Of a stretch of 64,000 nucleotides of DNA, positions 29,163-40,353 are shown piece by piece. How positions within the stretch are numbered: position 1 is the first letter of the stretch; each line of letters begins with the position of its first letter. The notes below the pieces were generated by a model. It was not told where the DNA came from. It was given only the letters and a program-made list of their open reading frames with translations, and did not search any database. The translations under genes and the position numbers were made by a program. This DNA comes from an uncultured virus (IMG/VR IMGVR_UViG_3300030110_002660) (lineage: Duplodnaviria > Heunggongvirae > Uroviricota > Caudoviricetes): the IMG/VR virus record IMGVR_UViG_3300030110_002660, one strand, 5' to 3'.

Positions 29163-29624
29163 ATGAGTTATAGATTAGTTCGCTATTCGCATAATCAGTT
29201 AGATGACCTATTTAAATTGGCACCATTTTCAGTTGGTTTTGATGGTATGTTTGACCGATTATTAACAAACACTTACAATACAAGTACCACGTATCCACCT
29301 TACGATATTGTTAAGGTAGATGCAACTAATTATGAAATTAGAGTTGCACTTGCTGGATTCACAAAAGATGATATTCAAGTCAACTATGAAGATGGTACTT
29401 TAAGTATTGAATCTGCTGGATATACTATGTTAACAGATGATAAGAATGTTTCTAAAGAAGACCATTTAGTTCATGGGATTTCAAGAAGACAATTCAAAAG
29501 AACATTCACTCTTTCAGATGATATGATAGTAAAAGATGCTGGATTTAAAGACGGCATGTTAACTGTCAAACTTGAAAAAATCATACCAGATGAAAAGAAA
29601 CCAAGAACAATAAACATTAAATAA
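29163..29624 (+). CDS. hsp20: Small heat-shock protein Hsp20 (IbpA-like)
   Basis: VGFD, YPPYDI, ALAGF, HGISRRQFKRTFTL, DGMLTVKL, P.EKKPRTI.I. Confidence 0.95.
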   Translation: MSYRLVRYSHNQLDDLFKLAPFSVGFDGMFDRLLTNTYNTSTTYPPYDIVKVDATNYEIRVALAGFTKDDIQVNYEDGTLSIESAGYTMLTDDKNVSKEDHLVHGISRRQFKRTFTLSDDMIVKDAGFKDGMLTVKLEKIIPDEKKPRTINIK

Positions 29625-29636
29625 TAATGTTATGAT

Positions 29637-29665
29637 AAGGGGTTGTTTAGACAATCCCTTTTTTT
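29637..29665 (+). terminator. Intrinsic terminator after hsp20
   Basis: AAGGGGTTGT-TTAG-ACAATCCCTT followed by a T run. Confidence 0.85.
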
Positions 29666-29674
29666 ATTTGCCTA

Positions 29675-29703
29675 TTGACAAGACATTATTATTAATGTAT
29701 AAT
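29675..29703 (+). promoter_or_regulatory. Consensus sigma70-type promoter for the gp45 operon
   Basis: TTGACA-17nt-TATAAT. Confidence 0.85.
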
Positions 29704-29734
29704 ATTAGAATACAATTAAAGGAGTATACATATT

Positions 29735-30406
29735 ATGAAAATAAGTGAACAAACAAAAGAAGTTCTAAAGAATTTCTCAAACATAAACCAGAACTTATTA
29801 GTTAAATCTGGTACAACCCTTACCACAATGTCGACAATGAAAAACATTGTTGCAAAGGCAGAAGTTAAGGAATCATTTCCAAAAGAGTTTGCGATATATG
29901 ACTTGAATGAGTTTTTATCTGCACTATCTTTATTTGGAAACCCTGATTTAGATTTTCAAGAAAATCATGTGGTTATAACAGAAGATAAAACAAAGAGTAG
30001 AAGTTTAAAATATTTTTATTCCGACCCTAGTGTTATTGTTTCGCCATCAAAAGATGTACAAATGCCTGAAGCAGAAGTATCATTTGAATTTAAACAAGAT
30101 ACATTTAACAAAGTTGCAAAGGCATCTGCTGTTCTTGGTAACCAAGACCTTCTATTAAATGGAAGTGGGGCTTTATCAGTTACGGATAAGAAAAATTCAT
30201 CTGCAAATAATTTTTCTGTTGATGTTGATGTAAAAGGAACAGGAGATTATAAGTTTTATTTTAAAGTTGAGAATCTAAAAATTATTCCTGGCGATTACGA
30301 TGTGGAAATTTCTTCAAAGAATATTTCACATTTTATAAATAAGGGCAACGACAAAACTATTCAGTATTGGATTGCACTCGAACCAGATTCTTCCTATACG
30401 GAATAG
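29735..30406 (+). CDS. gp45: Sliding clamp gp45
   Basis: LKNFSNINQ, FAIYDLNEFL, KVENLKIIPGDY, YWIALEPDS. Confidence 0.95.
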   Translation: MKISEQTKEVLKNFSNINQNLLVKSGTTLTTMSTMKNIVAKAEVKESFPKEFAIYDLNEFLSALSLFGNPDLDFQENHVVITEDKTKSRSLKYFYSDPSVIVSPSKDVQMPEAEVSFEFKQDTFNKVAKASAVLGNQDLLLNGSGALSVTDKKNSSANNFSVDVDVKGTGDYKFYFKVENLKIIPGDYDVEISSKNISHFINKGNDKTIQYWIALEPDSSYTE

Positions 30407-30425
30407 TATAGTGGAGTGATGGAAA

Positions 30426-30584
30426 TTGGAAAAATATTTAAAAATTTTTTCTACAAAGGCATGGAAACATTTTTGGGCAAAACCCGAAATGAAATCTTTA
30501 GATGAAATTGACTGGCAAGCTATTTGCAAATACAGTATGATATATTGGGGAACAGTTTTAATATGGTCAATTTGGTTATTATAA
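30426..30584 (+). CDS. Small Trp-rich membrane protein (52 aa, TTG start; not in the ORF track)
   Basis: GGAG upstream; reads MEKYLKIFSTKAWKHFW...YWGTVLIWSIWLL; fills the gp45-gp44 gap. The start is uncertain. Confidence 0.45.
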   Translation: MEKYLKIFSTKAWKHFWAKPEMKSLDEIDWQAICKYSMIYWGTVLIWSIWLL

Positions 30585-30608
30585 TATTATGAAAAAGGTG
30601 ATTACATT

Positions 30609-31547
30609 ATGGAAAATACATTTTTATTTGTTGAGAAATATAGACCAACAAAAATCAATGATTGCATATTAACAAAACAACTTAAAGAAACATTTTCTAA
30701 GTTTGTGGAACAAAAACATATACCGAATCTGTTATTAACAGGTGGCGCTGGTGTAGGGAAAACTACAGTTGCGAAAGCAATGGTAGATGAGATTGGTGCA
30801 ACTTGGTATATGATAAATGGCTCAGAGGAATCTGGAATCGATGTTCTACGAACTAAGATTAAAAACTTTGCATCTACATCTTCTTTAGAGGGTGGTAGAA
30901 AATATGTTATCATAGATGAAGCAGATTATCTTAATCCACAATCTACACAACCAGCGTTGCGTGGATTTATAGAAGAGTTTCATAAGAACTGTGGATTTAT
31001 TCTTACTTGCAATTATCGAAATAGAATTATCGAGCCATTACATTCAAGATGTAGTGTTATAGATTTTATTATTCCTGTATCAGAAAGACCAATTCTTGCA
31101 GAAAGTTTTTTTAAAAGAGTTTCAGATATATTACAAAAAGAACAAATACCTTTTGATACAAAAGTTATTGCAGAACTTATTAATACATTTTTTCCAGATT
31201 GGAGAAGAATATTAAATGAGATTCAAAGATATTCTGTATCTGGAAAAATAGATGCTGGTATCTTGGTTAATCTTTCAGATGTGAATATGAAAGATTTGGT
31301 ATCTCATATGAAAGAAAAAGATTATAAATCAGTTCGTAAGTGGGTTGTAGAAAATATGGATAACGACCCTGCTAAACTTTTTAGAAAAATATATGATTAT
31401 GCAAATGATTATATAGAACCATCTAATATTCCACACCTTGTATTAATTCTAGCAGATTATCAATACAAACAAGCATTTAGTGCTGACAGCGAGATTAATA
31501 TTCTTGCATGTCTTACAGAAATTATGGGGCAATGTAAATTTAAATGA
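30609..31547 (+). CDS. gp44: Clamp loader ATPase gp44
   Basis: VEKYRP, GGAGVGKTT, IIDEAD, PLHSRC. Confidence 0.96.
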   Translation: MENTFLFVEKYRPTKINDCILTKQLKETFSKFVEQKHIPNLLLTGGAGVGKTTVAKAMVDEIGATWYMINGSEESGIDVLRTKIKNFASTSSLEGGRKYVIIDEADYLNPQSTQPALRGFIEEFHKNCGFILTCNYRNRIIEPLHSRCSVIDFIIPVSERPILAESFFKRVSDILQKEQIPFDTKVIAELINTFFPDWRRILNEIQRYSVSGKIDAGILVNLSDVNMKDLVSHMKEKDYKSVRKWVVENMDNDPAKLFRKIYDYANDYIEPSNIPHLVLILADYQYKQAFSADSEINILACLTEIMGQCKFK

Positions 31548-31933
31548 GCTACGAATTAAAAGATTATCTTAATGCAATTAATAATACGAAACAAAAGTTG
31601 ATGGATACTGATGATAACATATGGGAAAAGAAATACCCATCTTTTATTGTTAATAAGGTGTTGTGTGCGTTTGAAGAGTGTATTTTATTGGTAAATGAAT
31701 TAAATACTAGACCACATATGGACAAGAAACTTCAATTCATGTTTTTTCTAAATACTATTAGAAAAAGGAATAGATTTTCTAAATGGTTAAGAAAATCAAA
31801 AATCAATGATTTGAATGTGTGTAAAGAATACTATGGTTATAATAATGAAAAAGCAAAGGAAGCTCTTCAAATACTTACCAAAAAACAATTACAAATCATC
31901 AAAGAAAAATTAAACAGAGGTGGAACTAAATGA
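31544..31933 (+). CDS. gp62: Clamp loader subunit gp62
   Basis: YPSFIVNK, RKRNRFSKW, KEYYGYNNEKA; synteny. Confidence 0.92.
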   Translation: MSYELKDYLNAINNTKQKLMDTDDNIWEKKYPSFIVNKVLCAFEECILLVNELNTRPHMDKKLQFMFFLNTIRKRNRFSKWLRKSKINDLNVCKEYYGYNNEKAKEALQILTKKQLQIIKEKLNRGGTK

Positions 31934-32355
31934 CAGTCGTTAAATGGGATATTGAAAACATGTTAGAAATTTCTTTAGAAGAACCAGATAATTTTTTAAA
32001 GGTTAGAGAAACACTATCAAGGATAGGAGTTGCATCAAGAAAAGAAAAAAAGTTATTTCAATCTTGTCATATATTACATAAACAAGGAAAATATTACATA
32101 GTGCATTTCAAAGAATTATTTGCACTTGACGGAAAAGAAACAAATATTAATGAGAATGATGTTGCTAGAAGGAATACTATTGCACAACTTTTAGCAGATT
32201 GGAAACTACTTTTTATTGTTGGTGACAATGAGCCGAAAGCGCCATTAAGTCAAATAAAAGTAATTTCTTTTAAAGAAAAAGGCGAATGGATATTGGAAAC
32301 TAAATACACCATTGGAAAGAGTGTTGAACAAAGACCAGTACCAGAAAGTGATTAA
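31930..32355 (+). CDS. regA: Translational repressor RegA
   Basis: FLKVRETLSRIGVAS, QSCHILHKQGKYYIVHFKELF. Confidence 0.96.
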   Translation: MTVVKWDIENMLEISLEEPDNFLKVRETLSRIGVASRKEKKLFQSCHILHKQGKYYIVHFKELFALDGKETNINENDVARRNTIAQLLADWKLLFIVGDNEPKAPLSQIKVISFKEKGEWILETKYTIGKSVEQRPVPESD

Positions 32356-32374
32356 TTAATTAAAGGAGAATATT

Positions 32375-32623
32375 ATGAACGTACATGATGAATTGATTCA
32401 TGAAAAAAATGATAATACACCACAGTTACCTGCTATAATAAATGCACTTAAATTAAAATATGAAAGTGAAATTGCTATAGCAAAAACTAACATTGATGTT
32501 TATTTAAATAACTCAGTTGGTGTCGGCGAACACCCAACTATAGTTGAAGCAGTTGAACTAGAATTAAAAAAAGTAGATGCTGCACAAGCTATGCTAGATG
32601 TTATAGAAAAACATTACGTATAA
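32375..32623 (+). CDS. Conserved hypothetical protein
   Basis: AAGGAG RBS; YLNNSVGVGEH motif. Confidence 0.7.
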   Translation: MNVHDELIHEKNDNTPQLPAIINALKLKYESEIAIAKTNIDVYLNNSVGVGEHPTIVEAVELELKKVDAAQAMLDVIEKHYV

Positions 32624-32638
32624 AATAAAAAATATTAT

Positions 32639-35137
32639 ATGATGTTCTATACCAACGTACACCAATGGGGTGATAACTTACTTGTTCGTGCAATTGAGAA
32701 CGACAAAAGAGTTGCGAAACGAGTAAGATATGAGCCTACTTTATTTGTTCCTGTACAGAAACAAACTTCGTTTACTACACTAGATGGTAAGTTTCTCACG
32801 CCAATGAAATTTACTTCTATGAAAGAATCAAAGGAATTTGTTGAACAATATAAAGACCAACCTCATTTGGTTTTTGGTCATACCCAATATGCATATACCT
32901 ATATTGCAGACAAATATCCAGAAGATATTAAATGGGATTATAGTAAGTTACTTTTGATTACGATTGATATAGAAGTTGAATGTGAAAATGGATTTCCAAA
33001 TCCTAGACAATCAATAGAGCCATTACTTTCTATCACAGTAAAAAATCATCAAACACAAGGAATTATTGTTTGGGGTATTGGTAAGTTTACAACAGATAGA
33101 GATGATGTAACTTATATTCAATGTAAAGATGAAACAGATTTGCTTGAAGAATTTATAATATTTTGGGAACAGAATACACCAGATATTGTAACTGGTTGGA
33201 ATATTGATTTCTTTGATATTCCTTATCTTATGAATCGTATTAAATTATTGTTTGGAGAAAAGAAGTTAAAAGCATTTTCGCCATGGGGTAATGTAAGTGA
33301 TAGAGAAGTTTTTATGATGGGAAGAAAACATCAGATGTATGATATTCTTGGTGTTGCGACATTAGACTATCTACAATTATATAAAAAATTTACTTATACA
33401 AATCAAGAAAATTATCGTTTAGACCACATTGCACATGTTGAACTAGATGAACAAAAACAAGAAAACCCATATGAAACTTTTAAAGAATGGTACACGAAAG
33501 ATTATCAATCATTCATAGAATATAATATTACAGATGTTGAACTTGTTGATAGACTTGAAGATAAACTAAAACTAATTGAACTTCTTATTACTATGGCATA
33601 TGATTGTAAAGTAAATTATAGTGATATGTTAGGCTCAGTAAAATATTGGGATATACTCATTTATAATTATTTGCGTAAGAAAAATATTATTGTTCCACAA
33701 AAAAGAAAACATTCATCAAAGGCAGAAAGATATGAAGGTGCATATGTTAAAGACCCACAAGTCGGTATGCATAATTGGGTTGTTAGTTTAGATTTAAATT
33801 CACTATATCCACATTTGATTATGCAATTTAATATATCTCCAGAAACTTTAATTAAACAAGTTAAAAATGTTGATGTAGATAAATTATTAAATCAAAAAGT
33901 AGATACATCTTTTCTTCCAAAGGATACTACGATTACACCGAATGGTGCAATATTCAGAACTGATAAGAAAGGATTTCTTCCAGAACTAATGGAAAAGATT
34001 TATAATGATAGAGTTATCTATAAAAGAAAAGCATTAAACGCTAGTCAACTTTATGAAGATACAAAAGATAAAAAACATCTTAATGATATGTCTCGTTATC
34101 ATACAAAACAATTAGCACAGAAAATTTCGTTGAATAGTGCTTATGGTGCTATTGGAAATGAATGGTTTCGTTATTATGATATTCGAAACGCAGAAGCGAT
34201 TACAACTTCTGGACAACTTGCAATTCGTTGGATTGAAAAAGAGGTGAATAACTATCTTAATAAATTATTTGATACAAAAGAAAAAGATTATATTATTGCA
34301 TCAGATACAGATAGTATCTATGTTACATTTGATGAACTTGTTTCGCATGTATTTAAAGATGATGTATCGCCTACAAAGATTATTAATTTTCTTGATAAAG
34401 TTATTAAAGAAAAAATAGAACCATTTATTGATGAATCATATGATAAACTAGCAAAATATTTACACGCATATGAACAAAAGATGGTAATGAAACGAGAAGT
34501 TATTGCAGATAAAGGAATATGGACTGCAAAGAAAAGATATATTTTAAATGTATGGGATAGTGAAGGTGTTAGATATAAAGAACCACATTTAAAAATAATG
34601 GGAATTGAAGCAGTAAAATCTTCAACACCTGCTTCGTGTAGACAGAAGATTAAAGAAGCACTTAAATTGATTATGAGTGGTAATGAAAAAGAATTAAATC
34701 AATTTATACAAGAGTTTCGTAAACAGTTTTTAGAATTACCACCAGAAGATGTTGCGTATCCACGTTCAGTAAATGGTGTGGGTAAATTTATGGATTCAAA
34801 TGCGTTATATAAGAAAGGAACACCGATACATGTTAAGGGTGCTATATTATACAATTATTTGTTAAAGAAAAAGAAATTGATAAACAAGTATCCTATAATT
34901 CAAGATGGAGACAAAATAAAGTTTTTTCCATTAAGACAACCAAACATATATCAATCAAATGTGATGTCTTTTATTACGGACATGCCAAAAGAATTTAATG
35001 TTAATGATATTATAGATTATGATACACAATTTGATAAGGCATTCATAGAACCACTTAACTTGATTATTGAAAGGATTGGGTGGAAAGTTGATAAGAGTTA
35101 TGGAACACAATTATCTTTGGAGGATTTTTTTGGATGA
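32639..35137 (+). CDS. gp43: Family B DNA polymerase gp43
   Basis: DIE exonuclease motif, DLNSLYP, KISLNSAYG, SDTDS, KKRY; uninterrupted. Confidence 0.98.
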   Translation: MMFYTNVHQWGDNLLVRAIENDKRVAKRVRYEPTLFVPVQKQTSFTTLDGKFLTPMKFTSMKESKEFVEQYKDQPHLVFGHTQYAYTYIADKYPEDIKWDYSKLLLITIDIEVECENGFPNPRQSIEPLLSITVKNHQTQGIIVWGIGKFTTDRDDVTYIQCKDETDLLEEFIIFWEQNTPDIVTGWNIDFFDIPYLMNRIKLLFGEKKLKAFSPWGNVSDREVFMMGRKHQMYDILGVATLDYLQLYKKFTYTNQENYRLDHIAHVELDEQKQENPYETFKEWYTKDYQSFIEYNITDVELVDRLEDKLKLIELLITMAYDCKVNYSDMLGSVKYWDILIYNYLRKKNIIVPQKRKHSSKAERYEGAYVKDPQVGMHNWVVSLDLNSLYPHLIMQFNISPETLIKQVKNVDVDKLLNQKVDTSFLPKDTTITPNGAIFRTDKKGFLPELMEKIYNDRVIYKRKALNASQLYEDTKDKKHLNDMSRYHTKQLAQKISLNSAYGAIGNEWFRYYDIRNAEAITTSGQLAIRWIEKEVNNYLNKLFDTKEKDYIIASDTDSIYVTFDELVSHVFKDDVSPTKIINFLDKVIKEKIEPFIDESYDKLAKYLHAYEQKMVMKREVIADKGIWTAKKRYILNVWDSEGVRYKEPHLKIMGIEAVKSSTPASCRQKIKEALKLIMSGNEKELNQFIQEFRKQFLELPPEDVAYPRSVNGVGKFMDSNALYKKGTPIHVKGAILYNYLLKKKKLINKYPIIQDGDKIKFFPLRQPNIYQSNVMSFITDMPKEFNVNDIIDYDTQFDKAFIEPLNLIIERIGWKVDKSYGTQLSLEDFFG

Positions 35138-36265
35138 TATTANNNNNNNNNNGAAGATTCGATTTATGCTGCTAATATTTTTGTTTCTTATTATAAGGAT
35201 TTTGGTCGTATAGATGATTATTTAAGAAAAGTTAAACTTGAAAGAATGTCGAAATATCCAACTGCATTGCCAGGCATGGGGCCTGAAGATGAATTCTTTT
35301 GTGATTTTGATATGCACCCAAACGATATGGAGTTTTCTCTTTATGAGCCTAAGACATCTGACTTTGTTAACTATCTTGAAATCACAACATCTCACGCAGT
35401 AGAATCATCTATCCCTGGCAAAAAACATTTGTGGATTGTGAAAGAAAAAAATACAAATAAGATTGTTGGATTCATTCGTTTTGGTTCTCCAACTATTAAT
35501 TCAAAACCAAGAAATCTGTTTTTAGGAAAACCATTAGATACATTAAACGCAGATGTGATGAAAAGATTTAATGATTCTTGTATTATGGGATTCATTATTG
35601 TTCCGACACAACCATTTGGATTTAATTATCTTGGTGGAAAATTACTTGCTGGAATTTGTTGTTCTCATTTAGCAAGAGAAACATTGAATAAAAAATATAA
35701 TTCAAATATTTGTATGTTTGAAACAACATCACTTTATGGTAGTGCGAAAACTACTTCAATGTATGATGGTATGAAACCTATGTTGAAATTTGTGGGATTA
35801 ACTGAATCTGATTTTGTACCACTTATAAATGATGACAATTATCTTAAACTAAATGATTGGTTTAAAGATAGGAACAACGGAGATGGATTAGTTCCAGATG
35901 ATGCGTCATCTCGTAAATTAAAAACCCAGTCGAAAATGATATCTATTATTAAGACATCTTTAAAAGAAATTGATATGAAATTATATGATAAGTTTTGTGA
36001 AGTAATAAGTGAAGCAAAAAATCTTACTCAACAAAAAAGACAATATATGTGTACATATGGATTTGATAATGTTAAAGAATATTTTAATTTAGAAACAGAT
36101 ACATTAACAAAGAGAAACAATTACGATAGATTTGAATTTGACAATATAGTTGAATGGTGGAGAAAGAAAGCTATCAATCGTTATGAGAATTTACAAAAAG
36201 ATGGCAGATTAAGAACTGAACTCGAAACTTGGAATCAAAAAAACGATATAGATATTATAAGATAA
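35134..36265 (+). CDS. DUF4338 (DruA-like) domain protein; start inferred across the gap
   Basis: ATG overlaps the gp43 stop and the frame is open from 35153. QPFGFNYLGGKLLA and ETTSLYG resemble DUF4338 motifs. Confidence 0.55.
35143..35152. other. Assembly gap (10 N)
   Basis: Run of N. Confidence 0.99.
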
Positions 36266-36271
36266 TGATAC

Positions 36272-36299
36272 TTGACAAACTGTAAAAATCGGGTATTAT
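36272..36299 (+). promoter_or_regulatory. Sigma70-type promoter
   Basis: TTGACA-16nt-TATTAT. Confidence 0.7.
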
Positions 36300-36326
36300 A
36301 TATTAACAATAAAATGGAGATACAAA

Positions 36327-36641
36327 ATGTATAAGAAAGGAGACGTTGTAACAGTTATGTTCCTAAATGGTATGGAACTAATTGGTACTTTAATTGACGA
36401 AGACGAAGAAGTATGGATTGTAATGGATAGACCTATGTTGTGTCAAGCAACTAAAAATGGTGTTTCATTTACCCCAGCGATTACCTTAACAGGAGAAGTC
36501 GTAGATGGTGAATTGAAAGTTTCAAAACGTGGTGTTATGTATGTTATAAAAACATTGGAAGAAATTTCAGATGCATACAAAAAAAGATTAAGTAATCTTG
36601 AATCAATAATTACACCAGAAGAAGCAAGGATTATTGCGTAA
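36327..36641 (+). CDS. Hypothetical protein, possible Sm/SH3-like fold
   Basis: GGAG RBS; KKGDVVTVMFLNGMELIG beta pattern. Confidence 0.6.
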   Translation: MYKKGDVVTVMFLNGMELIGTLIDEDEEVWIVMDRPMLCQATKNGVSFTPAITLTGEVVDGELKVSKRGVMYVIKTLEEISDAYKKRLSNLESIITPEEARIIA

Positions 36642-36646
36642 TTGTT

Positions 36647-37045
36647 ATGACAAATTTTGAAAAAGTAAAAACATTTATGGAATCATTTGGACAAGAGGTA
36701 AAAGATAAACCTACTGTTCCACCTGAAGACATTATACAATTAAGACTTAATTTGATAAATGAAGAATTTATTGAATTGGTTAATGCGACACAAGAAAGTA
36801 CAACAGGAGACTGTGAGTTAATTGATGTTGCAGATGCACTTGCAGATTTACTTTATGTTGTTTATGGTGCTGGACATGCATTTGGGATAGACCTTGATAA
36901 GTGTTTTCAAGAAGTACATGAAAGCAATATGTCTAAATTAGATAACAACGGGAAACCTATATATCGTTTAGATGGAAAAGTTTTGAAATCTGATACATAT
37001 AGACCACCAAATTTAAAAAAAATTCTGTTTACAGAAGGAGAATAA
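36647..37045 (+). CDS. MazG/PRA-PH-like nucleoside triphosphate pyrophosphohydrolase
   Basis: LINEEFIEL, VADALADLLYV, EVHESNMSK, DGKVLK. Confidence 0.88.
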   Translation: MTNFEKVKTFMESFGQEVKDKPTVPPEDIIQLRLNLINEEFIELVNATQESTTGDCELIDVADALADLLYVVYGAGHAFGIDLDKCFQEVHESNMSKLDNNGKPIYRLDGKVLKSDTYRPPNLKKILFTEGE

Positions 37046-37046
37046 T

Positions 37047-38602
<1,556 letters not shown>

Positions 38603-38603
<1 letters not shown>

Positions 38604-38938
38604 TGAATCAAACTCCAGAAAACATACATGAATATTTTAAATATGTTACGGACAAAGACCAAGCATGGACTGCTATTGGTTTAACTGAAAAAGCAGGGGA
38701 ATTTCAAGGTGTTGTTTATAGATATGGAACTATAGTACCACCACAAGAGCCAAGTTCAAAGGAACATCTTGATAAAGTGCCTTTTAAATTCGAATGGCAA
38801 ATTTTAGATTCGAATGGGTTGGAAAAAGAAAGATTTGATGATAAATTTTTTACCTTGATAGGTGATATTTTAGTACATATAATATTTAAGGAAGACTTAT
38901 ACAGAGAAAGAGAGAATGATAGAAAGAACAATACTTAA
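38603..38938 (+). CDS. Conserved hypothetical protein (gp40-like position)
   Basis: FQGVVYRYG...IGDILV motif; directly upstream of gp41. Confidence 0.6.
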
Positions 38939-40304
38939 AAATCTAATTTGTAATGAACAATATGTTCGAAAGGTTTTACCTTTCATAAAAACAGAATATT
39001 ATACCGATAGACATGAGAAAGTTCTTTTTGAAGAAATTTCAAAGTTTATTCAACGATATAATAATCTTCCTACTCAAACTTCATTAGAGATAGAGTTACA
39101 GAATCGAAAAGATTTAAATGGAGAAGATTATGGAAAAATTGTTGATATACTTAAAAATTTTAATATTGATGATGGTAATACTACCGATAGTGCTGATTTC
39201 GATTGGCTTGTCGATACTACGGAAAAGTTTTGTAAAGATAAAGCGATATATAATGCCATCGTAGAAGGAATTAATATTATAGATGGAAAAGATAGAGATA
39301 AAAGAACTGCATCAGTAATACCATCTATTCTTTCAGAAGCACTTTCAGTTGATTTTGATAATGCTATAGGACATGATTATCTAAGAGATGCCGAATCTCG
39401 ATATGATTTTTATAATCGTGTAGAAAGTAGAATACCATTTGATTTAGAATATTTTAACAAAATCACAAAAGGTGGATTACCTAACAAGACATTAAATATT
39501 GCACTTGCTGGAACGGGTGTTGGTAAATCATTATTCATGTGTCATATGGCTGCGAGTTGTTTAGCTCAAAATAAAAGTGTTTTATATATCACTTTAGAGA
39601 TGTCAGAAGAAAGGATTGGAGAACGAATAGATGCGAACTTAATGAATGTTACAATGGAAGATTTGCATGACTTACCAAAGACAATGTATGAAGATAGGAT
39701 TTCAAGGATTGCATCAAAGACAAATGGTAAACTGGTAATTAAAGAATATCCTACTGCATCTGCTCATGTAGGACATTTTCGTGCATTGGTAAAAGAACTT
39801 GCATTGAAAAAGAGTTTTAAACCAGATATAATCTTTATTGATTATCTCAATATCTGCACAACTTCAAGATTTAAGAATGCTGGTAATATGAATTCCTATA
39901 GTTATGTAAAAGCGATTGCTGAGGAACTTCGTGGGTTTGCAGTAGAGTTAAACTTACCTATAATGAGTGCAACACAAACAACAAGAGGTGGTTTTGCAAA
40001 TACAAATATAGATTTGACTGATACTGCCGAGAGTTTTGGATTGCCAGCGACTGCTGATTTGATGTTTGCGTTGATATCTACGGAAGAATTAGAAGAACTG
40101 AATCAAATTCTTGTTAAACAACTTAAAAATAGATACAATGACCACAACTCACATAGAAGATTTATTATTGGAATTGATAGGGCAAAGATGAAACTCTATG
40201 ATGTAGAACAAGCAGCACAGACTGACCTTGTAGATTCTACTGAACAACAAGAAACCTTTAAACCTACGATTTCACACGGTAATTACGAAGATTTTAAAGT
40301 TTAA
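38916..40304 (+). CDS. gp41: Replicative helicase gp41
   Basis: AGTGVGKS, TLEMSEE, DYLNIC, SATQTTR, ESFGLPATAD, KQLKNRY. Confidence 0.96.
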   Translation: MIERTILKNLICNEQYVRKVLPFIKTEYYTDRHEKVLFEEISKFIQRYNNLPTQTSLEIELQNRKDLNGEDYGKIVDILKNFNIDDGNTTDSADFDWLVDTTEKFCKDKAIYNAIVEGINIIDGKDRDKRTASVIPSILSEALSVDFDNAIGHDYLRDAESRYDFYNRVESRIPFDLEYFNKITKGGLPNKTLNIALAGTGVGKSLFMCHMAASCLAQNKSVLYITLEMSEERIGERIDANLMNVTMEDLHDLPKTMYEDRISRIASKTNGKLVIKEYPTASAHVGHFRALVKELALKKSFKPDIIFIDYLNICTTSRFKNAGNMNSYSYVKAIAEELRGFAVELNLPIMSATQTTRGGFANTNIDLTDTAESFGLPATADLMFALISTEELEELNQILVKQLKNRYNDHNSHRRFIIGIDRAKMKLYDVEQAAQTDLVDSTEQQETFKPTISHGNYEDFKV

Positions 40305-40308
40305 CTTA

Positions 40309-40316
40309 TATAAATA
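40309..40316 (+). promoter_or_regulatory. Late promoter heading the 40.3-49.5 kb block
   Basis: TATAAATA right after the gp41 stop. Confidence 0.8.
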
Positions 40317-40353
40317 TAAACGTAAATCTATATATCTTGAATGGAGAAATTGA

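Noticed and set aside
30419..30584. ATG-started 54-aa ORF or frameshift between gp45 and gp44
   Set aside because: The printed block at 30431 appears one base short relative to the ORF-track translation. With that base restored, the long frame starts at TTG 30426.
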